Shown here: positions 11,159 through 21,587 of the stretch, one piece after another | How positions within the stretch are numbered: the stretch's first letter is position 1 | Layout: every line of letters starts with the position of its first letter | The notes under the pieces: model-generated | What the model saw: the letters and a program-made list of their open reading frames with translations, nothing else | Told to the model about the DNA's origin: nothing | The model's database searches: none | Made by a program: the position numbers and the translations under genes | Assembly: GCA_963933035.1 (NCBI GenBank) | Contig: CAWVTP010000001.1 | Span: 1-60,063 of the forward strand | Reading direction: 5' to 3' | Length of the DNA: 60,063 nucleotides | From: an uncultured Puniceicoccaceae bacterium | GTDB taxonomy: Bacteria; Verrucomicrobiota; Verrucomicrobiia; Opitutales; Coraliomargaritaceae

Positions 11159-13975
11159 ATGGCGCAAGACTTAAAAGAAACGCTCAATTTACCACAAACG
11201 CATTTTCCCATGCGTGGCAATTTAGTCCAAAGAGAGCCAGAACGGCTCAAACATTGGGAGTCCAAGCATTGTTACCAAGCAATTCAGAAAAAGAATGCCA
11301 AAGGCCCGACTTTCACTTTACACGATGGCCCTCCCTTCACCAATGGCGATTTACACTTAGGGCATGCCCTCAACAAGACGCTAAAAGACACCATCTTGCG
11401 CTACAAATGGATGCGGGGCTACCGTGCGGCTTACATTCCAGGATGGGATAGCCACGGCCTGCCGATTGAACACAAGGTGGCTCAAAATCTACGCGCAGCT
11501 GGTAGAACAGACTACACTAGCTTAGAAGTACGCCAAGCTTGTAGTGAATTTGCCAGCCAGTACAAAAACCTACAAACTGAACAATTCAAACGTTTGGGCG
11601 TTTGCGCCAATTGGGATGCCGCCTATTGGACAATTGAGCCCAGCTACGAGGCCGCTGAACTCGAAACCTTCGCGCAATTTGTTGAGCAAGGGCTGGTCTA
11701 TCGTAGCAAAAAGCCCATCTACTGGTCTATCCCATGTAAAACGGCGCTCGCAGAGGCTGAGATTGAGTACCGTGCTCACAAAAGCATTTCTATCTATGTG
11801 CAACTGCCTCTGGAGACGGCATCACTGGAGGCGCTGGGCATGGATGCGGCGGCATCTTTACTCATCTGGACCACCACACCATGGACGCTGCCAGCCAATT
11901 TGGCGGTATCCGTGAATCCGGATACCCAATACGCGCTCATTGCCTGCGACAAAGGGCGTTTCATTATCGCCCATGACCTGATTGAAACCGTCAGCCAAGC
12001 CTGCGCATTTGAAAATGTGACTTGCCTGCACAGCTTCCCGGGTTCCAGCTTAGAAAATCAAGCGGCACGTCACCCTTTCATCGACCGTCCCAGCCCTGTT
12101 ACCATGGCGGACTACGTCACCACCGAGAGTGGCACTGGTTGCGTGCACACCGCGCCGGGTCACGGCCTGGATGACTACTTGACGGGGATGAAAAATGGCC
12201 TCGACATCTATTGCCCGATCGATGACAGCGGTTGCTATATGGATGACGGCCAAGTGCCCAGCGAACTGGTCGGCTTATCCGTACTCGAAAAAGACGGCCA
12301 AATTTCTGCCGCCAACAAGGGAGTCCTCAAAATCATTGCGCAAAACGGCAGCCTGATCGCAAAAAAGAAGATAGAACATTCCTATCCTCACTGCTGGCGC
12401 TCCAAGACACCTGTAATCTTTCGCGCAATGGACCAATGGTTCATCGATTTGCAAAAAAATCAAGTGCGCACCAAAACATTGCAAGCACTCGACAGCGTAG
12501 AATTCATTCCTGAATGGGGGAAAAATCGTATTCATGCTGCCGTTGCCAATCGCCCGGATTGGTGTATCAGTCGTCAAAGAACCTGGGGCTTACCCATTCC
12601 AGCCTTCTATGATGCAGCTGGCAAAGCCTACCTAGACGCCAACGTCATTCGATCGCTGGCAAATAAAATTGCGCAAACTGGGAGTGACCTGTGGTTCCAA
12701 AAAAGTGCCGCTAAGATATTGGATGGCATCGAAACACCTGCATCTTGGCCAGCGGCCAGCGAGTTGAGCCTGGGCACGGACACCTTAGATGTCTGGATCG
12801 ATTCCGGCAGCAGCCATCAGGCCGTCCTCAAAAAAAGCACTGAGCTGACATGGCCGGCCGACTTATACCTTGAAGGTAGCGACCAACACCGTGGATGGTT
12901 TCAGAGTTCACTCTGGACCGCACTGGTCTGCGAGCAGCAGGCTCCCTACAAGCAAGTTTTGACGCACGGATTTATCGTTAAAGAAGATGGGACTAAATTA
13001 TCTAAAAGTGATGGCGCTGCCCGTCCTTTGAATGAATGGATTCAGAAATACGGTGCCGATATTATTCGCTTATGGATTTGCTCGCAAGACTATCGGGGGG
13101 ATGTTCCCGTTTCCGATAAAATTGTGCAAAATCTAGCGAACAACTATCGCAACTTGCGCAATACGCTCCGCTACCAGTTGGGCAGCTTGCATGACTTTGA
13201 CCCTGCCAAAGACGCCGTCCCAGTCGATCAAATGCACCCACTGGATCGTTGGGCACTCCATGAACTGGGAGAACTGATCAAAAAAGTAAGCCAAGCTTAC
13301 GATGCCTATGAGTTTCACCGTGCGTTCAAAGAGTACATCGATCCATTTTGCTCCAACACACTATCGGCCACCTACCATGCCATCCTGAAAGATCGGCTCT
13401 ATACGATCGCCCCCAACCATCCCTTGCGCCGTTCCTCGCAAACAGCCATCGCCATCATATTTTCCAACTTTACCCGACTGATCGCGCCGCTGGTTCCATT
13501 TACCGCCGATGAAGCTTGGAGTCACGCCCAGCACGATGGAGATTTTTGCTCAGACTTGATTGCACTTGAAGATTGGCCCATCGCACAAAAAGCATGGAAA
13601 AATGAAGCGATCGCACAGGACATTAACGCTCTGCGGAGCTTCCTTTCCGAGCGCTTGAACGACCCCCTGGAAGCCCTCCGCCAGGATAAAGTGATCGGGC
13701 AAAGCCTAGACGCCAAGGCCATCATCCAAGGCCACCCAGCAGACTCGCAGTTTGCACGATTGCAACGCTATCAGTCAGATCTCCCAGAATTATTTATTCT
13801 CTCTCAAGTCGAAGTCATCGAAATGTCAGCACCCTGTCCGCTACAAGTGGACGTGGCGCACGCGGATGGTCAGCGCTGTCCACGCAGTTGGCGCTGGGTG
13901 GACCATCTAGTCGACACTGCAGAGTGGGGTCTCGTTTCGGAGCGCTGCCATGAGGCGCTCGTCGCTCGTTCATAA
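11159..13975 (+). CDS. ileS: isoleucine--tRNA ligase
   Basis: 938 aa with an HLGH (HIGH) motif, a KLSKS (KMSKS) motif and an editing-domain-sized insertion. Confidence 0.97.
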   Translation: MAQDLKETLNLPQTHFPMRGNLVQREPERLKHWESKHCYQAIQKKNAKGPTFTLHDGPPFTNGDLHLGHALNKTLKDTILRYKWMRGYRAAYIPGWDSHGLPIEHKVAQNLRAAGRTDYTSLEVRQACSEFASQYKNLQTEQFKRLGVCANWDAAYWTIEPSYEAAELETFAQFVEQGLVYRSKKPIYWSIPCKTALAEAEIEYRAHKSISIYVQLPLETASLEALGMDAAASLLIWTTTPWTLPANLAVSVNPDTQYALIACDKGRFIIAHDLIETVSQACAFENVTCLHSFPGSSLENQAARHPFIDRPSPVTMADYVTTESGTGCVHTAPGHGLDDYLTGMKNGLDIYCPIDDSGCYMDDGQVPSELVGLSVLEKDGQISAANKGVLKIIAQNGSLIAKKKIEHSYPHCWRSKTPVIFRAMDQWFIDLQKNQVRTKTLQALDSVEFIPEWGKNRIHAAVANRPDWCISRQRTWGLPIPAFYDAAGKAYLDANVIRSLANKIAQTGSDLWFQKSAAKILDGIETPASWPAASELSLGTDTLDVWIDSGSSHQAVLKKSTELTWPADLYLEGSDQHRGWFQSSLWTALVCEQQAPYKQVLTHGFIVKEDGTKLSKSDGAARPLNEWIQKYGADIIRLWICSQDYRGDVPVSDKIVQNLANNYRNLRNTLRYQLGSLHDFDPAKDAVPVDQMHPLDRWALHELGELIKKVSQAYDAYEFHRAFKEYIDPFCSNTLSATYHAILKDRLYTIAPNHPLRRSSQTAIAIIFSNFTRLIAPLVPFTADEAWSHAQHDGDFCSDLIALEDWPIAQKAWKNEAIAQDINALRSFLSERLNDPLEALRQDKVIGQSLDAKAIIQGHPADSQFARLQRYQSDLPELFILSQVEVIEMSAPCPLQVDVAHADGQRCPRSWRWVDHLVDTAEWGLVSERCHEALVARS

Positions 13976-14006
13976 ATTTTATTCAACACATATCTTATCA
14001 AATACT

Positions 14007-14810
14007 ATGTCACAGAAAAAAACGCTCATGCCCAAAGATTCATCCGCATCTGACAAAACCAAAAACACTCAGGTAAAACGTGCGACGACATCTGCCAACA
14101 ATAATGATAAGAAGAGCCAAGCAGTTCACTTTTCGCTTGATGATGTCGCTTCCATTGTCGCCCAGAAAAAAGTCTCTGAGCCCCAACAGGAGCCCAAGCA
14201 AAAGCCTTTAAAAACACCAAAATCGGTTACACCAAGTCCCGAAATTACATCCACTGCAACAGAAAAACGGGTCCATGTAGCCGCCTCTCTCTCCGATATT
14301 TTAGGCTTTAACCCAGCTGCAAAAAAATCCTCAGTTACGCTGGAAGCCGATGAGATTCCCGAAAAATGGAAACACTACTACGATTTACTTATTGATCTGC
14401 GCCGGCATCTAAATGACGAGCTCGACTTACACACAGCCGACACATTAAAACATTCTAGCCGAGAAGAGTCCGGCACGCAAGGAGGCGGATTTGGCAATCA
14501 CCAAGCAGACGCTGCGACGGATGCCTTTGATCGCGACTTCGCCTTGAGCCTCGTTTCCAGCGAGCAAGATGCCTTGTACGAGGTTGAAGAGGCCATTCAG
14601 CGTATCAAATTGGGTGAATATGGTCTGTGCGAAGTCACTGGTGAGCCGATTGCAGCGGAACGCCTAGAAGCGGTTCCGTTCACCCGCTTCTCACTCGAAG
14701 GCCAAGCAGAATACGAAAAGAAAAACCGTCGTAAAGTTGCGCGCGATGCCGGCGGTATTTTTGATGATAATGCCGACGCGCCGAAGCTGGAATCCAGTGA
14801 CGATGATTAG
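14007..14810 (+). CDS. DksA/TraR-family protein with long low-complexity N-terminal extension
   Basis: C-terminal DALYEVEEAIQRIKLGEYGLCEVTGEPIAAERLEAVPFTRFSLEGQ resembles the DksA coiled-coil tip and finger region. Start set at ATG 14007. Classic ileS-dksA-lspA position. Confidence 0.65.
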   Translation: MSQKKTLMPKDSSASDKTKNTQVKRATTSANNNDKKSQAVHFSLDDVASIVAQKKVSEPQQEPKQKPLKTPKSVTPSPEITSTATEKRVHVAASLSDILGFNPAAKKSSVTLEADEIPEKWKHYYDLLIDLRRHLNDELDLHTADTLKHSSREESGTQGGGFGNHQADAATDAFDRDFALSLVSSEQDALYEVEEAIQRIKLGEYGLCEVTGEPIAAERLEAVPFTRFSLEGQAEYEKKNRRKVARDAGGIFDDNADAPKLESSDDD

Positions 14811-15330
14811 GGCATTGGTGCCGTATCAGCGTTTTTGGTGGATCGCGCTGATTGTTTACGGCCTCGACCAGTGCACAAAGTGGTGGATTCTATCGCTGGA
14901 TACACTTCCCCTAGGAAGTTACTTTTCGCCGGACAGCATTGAGATTGTCCCGAACTTCTTCTACCTCGTCCACATCGGAAACGACGGTGCGGCTTGGGGA
15001 CTGCTTAGTGGACAGGGTCGACTGCTGGGATGTATCGCCCTCATAGCCCTAGTTTCGATCTACTATTTCAGACAGCAGCTAGAGCTTATAAAGCCCTCCA
15101 TTCAAATCTGTTTCGGACTGTTGACTGGTGGCATTTTGGGCAATGTCACCGATCGTATTGTACACGGACACGTCATTGACTTCCTCGACTTCCATCTTCC
15201 CTTTAGCCTGCCCTATCTATTCCCCAATGGGCGTTATCCCGCCTTTAACATTGCAGACTGTGGCATCGTCATCGGGGTATTTCTCTACTTAGTCCTCGGC
15301 TTCTTTGACAGGCAGCAACAAGCTGATTAA
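14803..15330 (+). CDS. lspA: lipoprotein signal peptidase II
   Basis: GNDGAAWG and FNIADCGIVIG motifs. ATG at 14803 overlaps the upstream stop (ATGATTAG). Confidence 0.9.
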   Translation: MIRALVPYQRFWWIALIVYGLDQCTKWWILSLDTLPLGSYFSPDSIEIVPNFFYLVHIGNDGAAWGLLSGQGRLLGCIALIALVSIYYFRQQLELIKPSIQICFGLLTGGILGNVTDRIVHGHVIDFLDFHLPFSLPYLFPNGRYPAFNIADCGIVIGVFLYLVLGFFDRQQQAD

Positions 15331-15369
15331 CTTTCATTCATAAACAGTTAACTGATCCCAAGACAGCTC

Positions 15370-15795
15370 ATGAGTTCCAAGGCCAAGCAATTTATATACA
15401 AAGCAGAAGTCTACTTTGATCAACTCGACGCCCTTGGTATTTTGCACCACACGCGCTACCTGCTATTCTTAGAACGGGCCCAACAAAAGTTTTTCCAACA
15501 CTTACTGGGCGTCGACGACTTTAATGCGGAACGTGATGAAGACATCTACGTCGTCGTACACAGTTTGAATACCCGCTACCGCCAACCGCTAAGTCAGCCT
15601 GGCCTAATCGAGATCCGCTATAGTCTGCAACGCATCCGCAGCGGCGGGGTGACCATGGCATTCGAAATTTACTGCCCGCGCACGCATGCCCTGCTGTGCA
15701 CTGGCGACCGAACAGTTTGTAAGCTTTCCGCCCAAACACAGCGCCCATGTCCTTGGACCCCAGCTTTCCAAGCCGCAATGGAAGCCTTCGGTTAA
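15370..15795 (+). CDS. 4HBT-fold acyl-CoA thioesterase (YbgC-like)
   Basis: 141 aa with the hot-dog thioesterase N-terminal pattern VYFDQLDALGILHHTRYLLFLERA. Confidence 0.7.
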   Translation: MSSKAKQFIYKAEVYFDQLDALGILHHTRYLLFLERAQQKFFQHLLGVDDFNAERDEDIYVVVHSLNTRYRQPLSQPGLIEIRYSLQRIRSGGVTMAFEIYCPRTHALLCTGDRTVCKLSAQTQRPCPWTPAFQAAMEAFG

Positions 15796-15807
15796 ACCCA
15801 ACCGATG

Positions 15808-16011
15808 CAAACAGACTTCTTGAGCAATCGAAACCGATTTGTTCACGTCTTTATATTTGCCACATGCTACATGCAGCGCATTCGGCATGTGCTCACTAAG
15901 ATGGTGCTCAAAAATTGCACCGCTCTGCTTCGCATCCAGTCTTTTCGTAATGCTCGGGAATTAGGCGGCCGAAGCACATGGATCCCTGTCATGTCAGCAT
16001 TCATTTATATT
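15808..16011 (+). repeat. copy A of a ~200-nt dispersed element, coincident with small ORF 15805..16014
   Basis: Aligns without gaps, codon for codon (67 codons), to 29307..29510. By my hand count about two-thirds nucleotide identity and about half amino-acid identity. Confidence 0.8.
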
Positions 16012-16101
16012 TAACGCTGCCTCAAGCTGCAATTTTCAAGCACTTGGCTTATCCTATGACATGAGCTCGGTTCAATGAGGACTCACAAAAACTTGAGAGC
16101 T

Positions 16102-17325
16102 TCACGACAAAATGTCCGCTAGGGGGCGCACGCACACACCATCGACCAAACTGCAAACATGTATCTCATGCCGAAACTGCGGATACGCGCGTGGATATGC
16201 GCGATCAATAGTTTGCCTAAGAGGCTCGACAGCATCTTGCTCAACCAGCGCACCACTAGCGCCTTTATCTCCGCCACCTAGCATCCGTTCGCCTAAAACG
16301 CCCGGAACGGTACGCGCTAGATCACACATCGTTTCAAGCTCAGGTCCGCTAATTTGATACTCGTCTCGCAGCCCCAGACCATCCGCGCGAAAGTTTGCCC
16401 CCACTTGTGCAAAATCGCCCTGTTTCCAAGCTGCAATCGTAGAGTGAATTCTAGACTGCGCAGCGTACAGATAGCGCAGTAAGGGCACACAATCTGGCAT
16501 CTCTAATAGCAACATCTGCTCGGCTGCTCGATAATGCCTTTCGTCTTGAAAAAGCTCTAGAAGCGATCTGCCCAATTGCGCCTGCAGGTAGGCATTCATA
16601 GCGTCACATTGTTGACGGCGGACCTTGTAAGTCGAAACTTCTAGCCCTGCACGCTTAGTCCCAGTATCCATACAGACCACGCGAAAGCGATCAATATCGC
16701 CTCCAAATTCAAAGTGCTCAATATGCTCATTAATAGGATTAAAGTAGGTCCCCATGCCAGCCTTGGCAAAATAGATCATCACTTGATCCAGCTTCCCGCA
16801 AGGGGAGCCGATGTAGTCCACCTCCACCATCTGAGCCAAGTTCACAATATCCATTCCCGGCACCTCTCTATAGCCATTCAGCTCCAATATCGACTCAATC
16901 AAATTGAGCGATAGCGAGGCCGAACGCGACATGCCACCACCAGGAATATTTCCGAATACGATGGCATCCATACCTATCTGAATCTGATAGCCTTCACGCT
17001 TCAGTACGCTCACGGCCCCTTTGGGAAAACGCGCCCAACCAGATGCCAAAGGGTTCGCCATCGTCGCATCAGCTAATGAAAAATCCACGACGCCTTCTTC
17101 TGGCATATTTTCACTATAAATTCGAATTCTACCAGAAGTATTCGGCTTATATGCAACCCATATAAAGCGATCCGTCCCGACGCCAAATAATTCCAAATTA
17201 TTGTAATCGCCATGCTCAACTCCAAAACAAAAACGAGATGAGGTACGCCGAACCATGCCCTCACTAATATCCAAATTCAAGAGTCTTGCTTGCAAAGCAA
17301 AACGGTTAGCCACAACTGCGTCCAT
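16102..17325 (-). CDS. galK: GHMP kinase, galactokinase-like
   Basis: GNIPGGGMSRSASLS GHMP motif and a degenerate galactokinase signature FGVEHGDYNN. Last gene of the galT-galE-galK string. Confidence 0.75.
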   Translation of the reverse strand: MDAVVANRFALQARLLNLDISEGMVRRTSSRFCFGVEHGDYNNLELFGVGTDRFIWVAYKPNTSGRIRIYSENMPEEGVVDFSLADATMANPLASGWARFPKGAVSVLKREGYQIQIGMDAIVFGNIPGGGMSRSASLSLNLIESILELNGYREVPGMDIVNLAQMVEVDYIGSPCGKLDQVMIYFAKAGMGTYFNPINEHIEHFEFGGDIDRFRVVCMDTGTKRAGLEVSTYKVRRQQCDAMNAYLQAQLGRSLLELFQDERHYRAAEQMLLLEMPDCVPLLRYLYAAQSRIHSTIAAWKQGDFAQVGANFRADGLGLRDEYQISGPELETMCDLARTVPGVLGERMLGGGDKGASGALVEQDAVEPLRQTIDRAYPRAYPQFRHEIHVCSLVDGVCVRPLADILS

Positions 17326-17349
17326 ATTTCTATATAAAAATAATATCGA

Positions 17350-18342
17350 TTAGTGTTCGTAACCGTTAGGATGATCACGATGCCAATCCCACGCGCTGGA
17401 CACGATCGATTCTAAATCTGGATACTTGGGTTGCCAATTTAATTCCTGGCTGATCTTGTCGCTGGCAGCAATGAGCACAGCTGGATCTCCAGCACGACGT
17501 GCTTGCACCTCGGCAGGAATCGCATGCCCGGTTACGCGGCGGGCCAAATCGATGACTTCTTTAACCGAATACCCTTTACCATTTCCCAAATTGTACACCC
17601 GGCTAGAAGAATCAATCGCGTTGAGTGCGAGAATATGCGCCTGAGCCAAATCCACGACATGAATATAATCCCGCACACAACTGCCATCAGCGGTGGGATA
17701 ATCGTCTCCAAAGATGAGCATTTTGTCTCTTTTTTTCAAAGCAACCTGTAAAATCAAGGGTATTAGATGTAACTCTGGACTGTGATCTTCTCCGCGCTCT
17801 GGAGTCGCGCCTGCCGCATTAAAATATCGAAGAGCGGCATAATTAAAAAATGGATAAATGCGCTCCATCCAATGTAAATAACGCTCGATGATATATTTAG
17901 ACTCCCCGTAGGGACTACCCGGAATAATGCACTCATTTTCCGCAATCGGGATGGTCTGCGGACGGTCAAAGAGATTGGCTGTGGAAGACAAAATAAAGCG
18001 TGGAACTTCAAATTCGACGACTGCTTGCAATAAATTCAAAGCATTACGGACATTATCACCAAGATACAAAAATGGCGACTGCATAGACTCTCCAACCAAA
18101 GACTTGGCCGCAAAATGCATAATCGCATCTGGACGAAAGCTGCGAATGGCCGCCCGAATGGCCTCAGCATCCGCAAGATCTCCCAAGATGAACTCTGCAT
18201 CGGGATGAACTGCCGCACGATGTCCCATCGATAGATTGTCAAACACCGCCACCTGGTAGTGGCTCTGTACCAATTGCTCAACGGCGACACTGCCAATATA
18301 ACCAGCCCCGCCTGTTACTAGAACTTTCATTTTACTTTTCAT
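17350..18342 (-). CDS. galE: UDP-glucose 4-epimerase
   Basis: [10 protein letters not shown] Rossmann motif and YGESK catalytic motif; 330 aa. Confidence 0.92.
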   Translation of the reverse strand: MKSKMKVLVTGGAGYIGSVAVEQLVQSHYQVAVFDNLSMGHRAAVHPDAEFILGDLADAEAIRAAIRSFRPDAIMHFAAKSLVGESMQSPFLYLGDNVRNALNLLQAVVEFEVPRFILSSTANLFDRPQTIPIAENECIIPGSPYGESKYIIERYLHWMERIYPFFNYAALRYFNAAGATPERGEDHSPELHLIPLILQVALKKRDKMLIFGDDYPTADGSCVRDYIHVVDLAQAHILALNAIDSSSRVYNLGNGKGYSVKEVIDLARRVTGHAIPAEVQARRAGDPAVLIAASDKISQELNWQPKYPDLESIVSSAWDWHRDHPNGYEH

Positions 18343-19384
18343 TGTTCAAATAATGCTGTTCTGAACAAGCACGCAAGCGCTCGGCAGCCTGTTCCGGTGT
18401 CAAATCGCGCTGAGCATTGGCCAACATTTCATAGCCAACCATAAACTTTTTGACCTTTGCAGACCTCAATAAGGGCGGATAAAAGTGTGCATGTAACTGC
18501 CAATGCTGCTCTGCTCCAGAAATATTTGGAGCACCATGCCAGCCCATAGAATACGGAAAAGAAGTCTGAAATAAATTATCGTAGCGAGTGAGAAACCGCT
18601 TCAAAATCGACGCAAGGGAAGCGCTTTGTTGGAGACTCAAATCTCGCAAGCGCGCAACTTTTGCACGCGGCAGAAGTAGAGTTTCAAAAGGCCAGGTCGC
18701 CCAGTAGGGAACCAGTACCAGCCAATCATCATTCTCGCAAACAATGCGGGAGCCCGCCTTCGCCTCCATAGTCACATAATCATGCAATAACAAACTTTTA
18801 TTCTGGGAGAAATAAGTCGCCTGGTTGCGATCTTCTTTTTCCACTTCATTCGGCAGAAAGTCACTGGCCCAGATTTGTCCATGCGGGTGTGGATTGGAAC
18901 AGCCCATCGCAGCACCTTTATTCTCAAAAATCTGTACCCAACGATACTGATGACTCAGTTCAGCTTCCTGATCCATCCAGGTCGACACCACCGCACCAAT
19001 CGCTTGCACAGACAGCTCAGGCAGCGTCAAGTCATGACGCGGAGAGAAGCAAATTACACGGCATTCCCCCTGCACCGCTTGAGCAGTAAACAAGGGATGC
19101 GACTCGGTATCGCTTCCGAATGAACCCGAAAGCTGCGAACTCAATAGTGCAGAAAAGTCATTTTTAAATACATAGGGTCCCGTGTAATTCGGATTTACTG
19201 CCCCCCCCATACGCTCATTGCCGGGACACAAGTAACAATTCGGGTCATAGGCAAGTTTTTCCTCCAATGGCTGCGCTTCCTGCGCTCCTTGCCATGGACG
19301 CTTTGAGCGATGAGGCGATACCAAAATCCATTCTTGAGTCAGCGGGTTCAAACGCCGATGCGGCTGTTCATTAAGTAAGTTCAC
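18332..19384 (-). CDS. galT: galactose-1-phosphate uridylyltransferase
   Basis: CYLCPGNER zinc site and NPHPHGQIW (HPH) active site; 350 aa. Confidence 0.92.
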   Translation of the reverse strand: MNLLNEQPHRRLNPLTQEWILVSPHRSKRPWQGAQEAQPLEEKLAYDPNCYLCPGNERMGGAVNPNYTGPYVFKNDFSALLSSQLSGSFGSDTESHPLFTAQAVQGECRVICFSPRHDLTLPELSVQAIGAVVSTWMDQEAELSHQYRWVQIFENKGAAMGCSNPHPHGQIWASDFLPNEVEKEDRNQATYFSQNKSLLLHDYVTMEAKAGSRIVCENDDWLVLVPYWATWPFETLLLPRAKVARLRDLSLQQSASLASILKRFLTRYDNLFQTSFPYSMGWHGAPNISGAEQHWQLHAHFYPPLLRSAKVKKFMVGYEMLANAQRDLTPEQAAERLRACSEQHYLNNEK

Positions 19385-19493
19385 TGCGAGCTATCTAATT
19401 GGATAAAACATTCAACACTTTATGAATATAGCACAGAAAACCTTTGATTTTTAGTCAAAAACAGATCTTATTTTTAATAAATTGAGTCAAAAA

Positions 19494-20633
19494 ATGTATA
19501 GAATCGCACTCATCGTGGAAACTTCGCTGGCCTCAGGACGTGAAATTGTGGCAGGAGTGGCCAAGTATTTGGAACAAAAAAGCGATTGGTCAGTAACCCA
19601 CATGCTGGCCCCCATGGGTCATATACATCCACAGCAACTTAACAATTGGCAAGGTGATGGCATTATTGTTCGCATTACTGAGCCCGCATTACTCGACTTA
19701 ATTGTCAGTAAACAACTACCGACTGTTGATGTCCTAGGAAATGTGTCAGAGAGTCCATTTCCACTTGTTCATAATGATCAACATGCCATCGGTCGCTCGG
19801 TGGCGGAACATTTTACCCGCAGCGCTCATGTACACTTTGGCTATATCGGCTTAAAGAATGAAATGTGGTCAAAGATGCGAGAAGCGGGCTTCAAAAATAC
19901 ACTCAAACAACAAAGGCAGGCCCCTTCCAGTTTTTATCTGGAGCCGAATAACACATCCCAAAATTCACTCACTTATGATTTTGAGGCACTCAAGAAATGG
20001 ATTTCACAAAGACCCACACCGTGCGGGCTGATGGTGTGCAGTGATCAATTTGCTCCCATCGTCTTTGAAGCCTGCCATGCCGTGCAGAGAAAAATCCCCG
20101 AACAAATAAGTATCGTAGGCGTAGACAATGACCCTCCATTTTATAAGTTATGCCGCCCTCAACTTAGCAGCGTAGAACCCTATCATGCCAAAGTCGGCTT
20201 CCAAGCAGCGAAAATCTTAGATCAACAAATCCAGGGAACTTCACATAACAAAAAAGAGTATACAATTCAGCAGCACAGTTTACATGTTCGGGTATCCAGC
20301 GATTGGCTCGCCATTGAAGACACCCACATCAGAAAAGCCCTGCGTATTATACAAAAAAATGCTTGTAATGGGATCCAAGTCGAGCAAATCGCACAAGAAG
20401 CTGGTATGTCACGCAGCACATTACAAAGACGCTTCAGGACACACTTACAGCGTAGCGTGCACCAAATCATATTAGACCAGAAGATCAAACAGGCATGTAA
20501 TCTACTCGGTGACCGCTCACTTTCGATCAGCCAAGTTGCAGAACAAAGCGGGCTGGGCAGCCAGGAATACCTAAACTATATTTTCAAAAAGCACTTAACA
20601 ATGACGCCACTGCGATATCGATCGAACCACTAA
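19494..20633 (+). CDS. XylR-like regulator (periplasmic-binding-fold sensor + AraC HTH)
   Basis: N-terminal PBP-like domain and C-terminal AraC-type HTH (IAQEAGMSRSTLQRRF, QVAEQSGLGSQEYLNYIFKKH). Divergent from galT. ATG 19494 preferred over TTG 19482. Confidence 0.8.
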   Translation: MYRIALIVETSLASGREIVAGVAKYLEQKSDWSVTHMLAPMGHIHPQQLNNWQGDGIIVRITEPALLDLIVSKQLPTVDVLGNVSESPFPLVHNDQHAIGRSVAEHFTRSAHVHFGYIGLKNEMWSKMREAGFKNTLKQQRQAPSSFYLEPNNTSQNSLTYDFEALKKWISQRPTPCGLMVCSDQFAPIVFEACHAVQRKIPEQISIVGVDNDPPFYKLCRPQLSSVEPYHAKVGFQAAKILDQQIQGTSHNKKEYTIQQHSLHVRVSSDWLAIEDTHIRKALRIIQKNACNGIQVEQIAQEAGMSRSTLQRRFRTHLQRSVHQIILDQKIKQACNLLGDRSLSISQVAEQSGLGSQEYLNYIFKKHLTMTPLRYRSNH

Positions 20634-20642
20634 GCCTGCGCA

Positions 20643-21587
20643 TCAAATGAGCCCCTTGAGTAAAGCTGGAAGCCGTTCGATACAGCCAAGAATATGAGCG
20701 CGCGCGTAGTTGAGTTCTACCGGGTTCTCTCCAAAGAAAATAGACCATGCCGGCAGTTGATCCCAACTTTCATACTCAATGGCTTGCACTGTTTCAAAAG
20801 GTGCCTCACAACCACCATAACGCACAATCATATCAGCTAACTGGACGACGGCGGCCAATTGCCCTCCATTTTGTGAGTGTTCGGGTGCATACTGATGTAA
20901 CACCGCATCGACGATCGATTCCGGCATAGAATTCAGCTCAAGGTAGAGCGCACCCAACTGCGCATGATGCCATCCGTAGCTGGCTACTTCCGCCTGCGAG
21001 AAAGCTTCGCGCGTAAGTGCCTGCAATGCGACTCTCGATCGTAACTGATTCGGAAACTCACGAAACATTAACAATTTCCCTACGTCCTTCAACAGGCCCG
21101 CAATATAAAATTCATCGGAATCGGATGTCGTGGAGGCTAAGGTTGACAACTCCTTACTGAGGATCGCAACACCAATGCTGTGGCGCCAGAAATCGGTCCA
21201 ATTAATGTCTAAACCTCTTTGAACATCGCCACTCATTGCCTCAATATCGTCAATTACTTGAGTCGTCATGGCTAATTGACGAATTTGTTTCAGCCCTAAA
21301 TAAAAGATGGCCTCCTCGATACTGGTCACCCGCATCGATAAGCCAGAAAAAACCGAATTCACTAACCTGAGCAAGCGAGTTGTCAGCGACAAATCGCGAC
21401 TGATTACATCCGCAATTTCACTCACCGAACCACTAGCATCGGCTGTTAAGCGGTTTAGATTGTCATTGATTCGACTTAAGGAAGCAATCGGCCTGCAGTC
21501 TTGAATCTTTTTATACAGCGTATCAAAGTCGCTGATTTCACTGGCGCAAAAATTATACGCTAACTGATCTATAAGACTATTTACCAT
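20643..21587 (-). CDS. HDOD domain protein
   Basis: FWRHSIGVAILSKEL, AGLLKDVGKLLM and WHHAQLGALYL are typical of the HDOD (HD-related output domain) fold. Start overlaps the upstream stop by 11 nt. Confidence 0.75.
   Translation of the reverse strand: MVNSLIDQLAYNFCASEISDFDTLYKKIQDCRPIASLSRINDNLNRLTADASGSVSEIADVISRDLSLTTRLLRLVNSVFSGLSMRVTSIEEAIFYLGLKQIRQLAMTTQVIDDIEAMSGDVQRGLDINWTDFWRHSIGVAILSKELSTLASTTSDSDEFYIAGLLKDVGKLLMFREFPNQLRSRVALQALTREAFSQAEVASYGWHHAQLGALYLELNSMPESIVDAVLHQYAPEHSQNGGQLAAVVQLADMIVRYGGCEAPFETVQAIEYESWDQLPAWSIFFGENPVELNYARAHILGCIERLPALLKGLI

Noticed and set aside
13950-14006. Upstream start of the DksA-like ORF overlapping the ileS 3' end
   Set aside because: It would overlap ileS by 26 nt and adds MRRSSLVHKFYSTHILSNT with no function. 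ATG 14007 is more plausible, though this is not proven.
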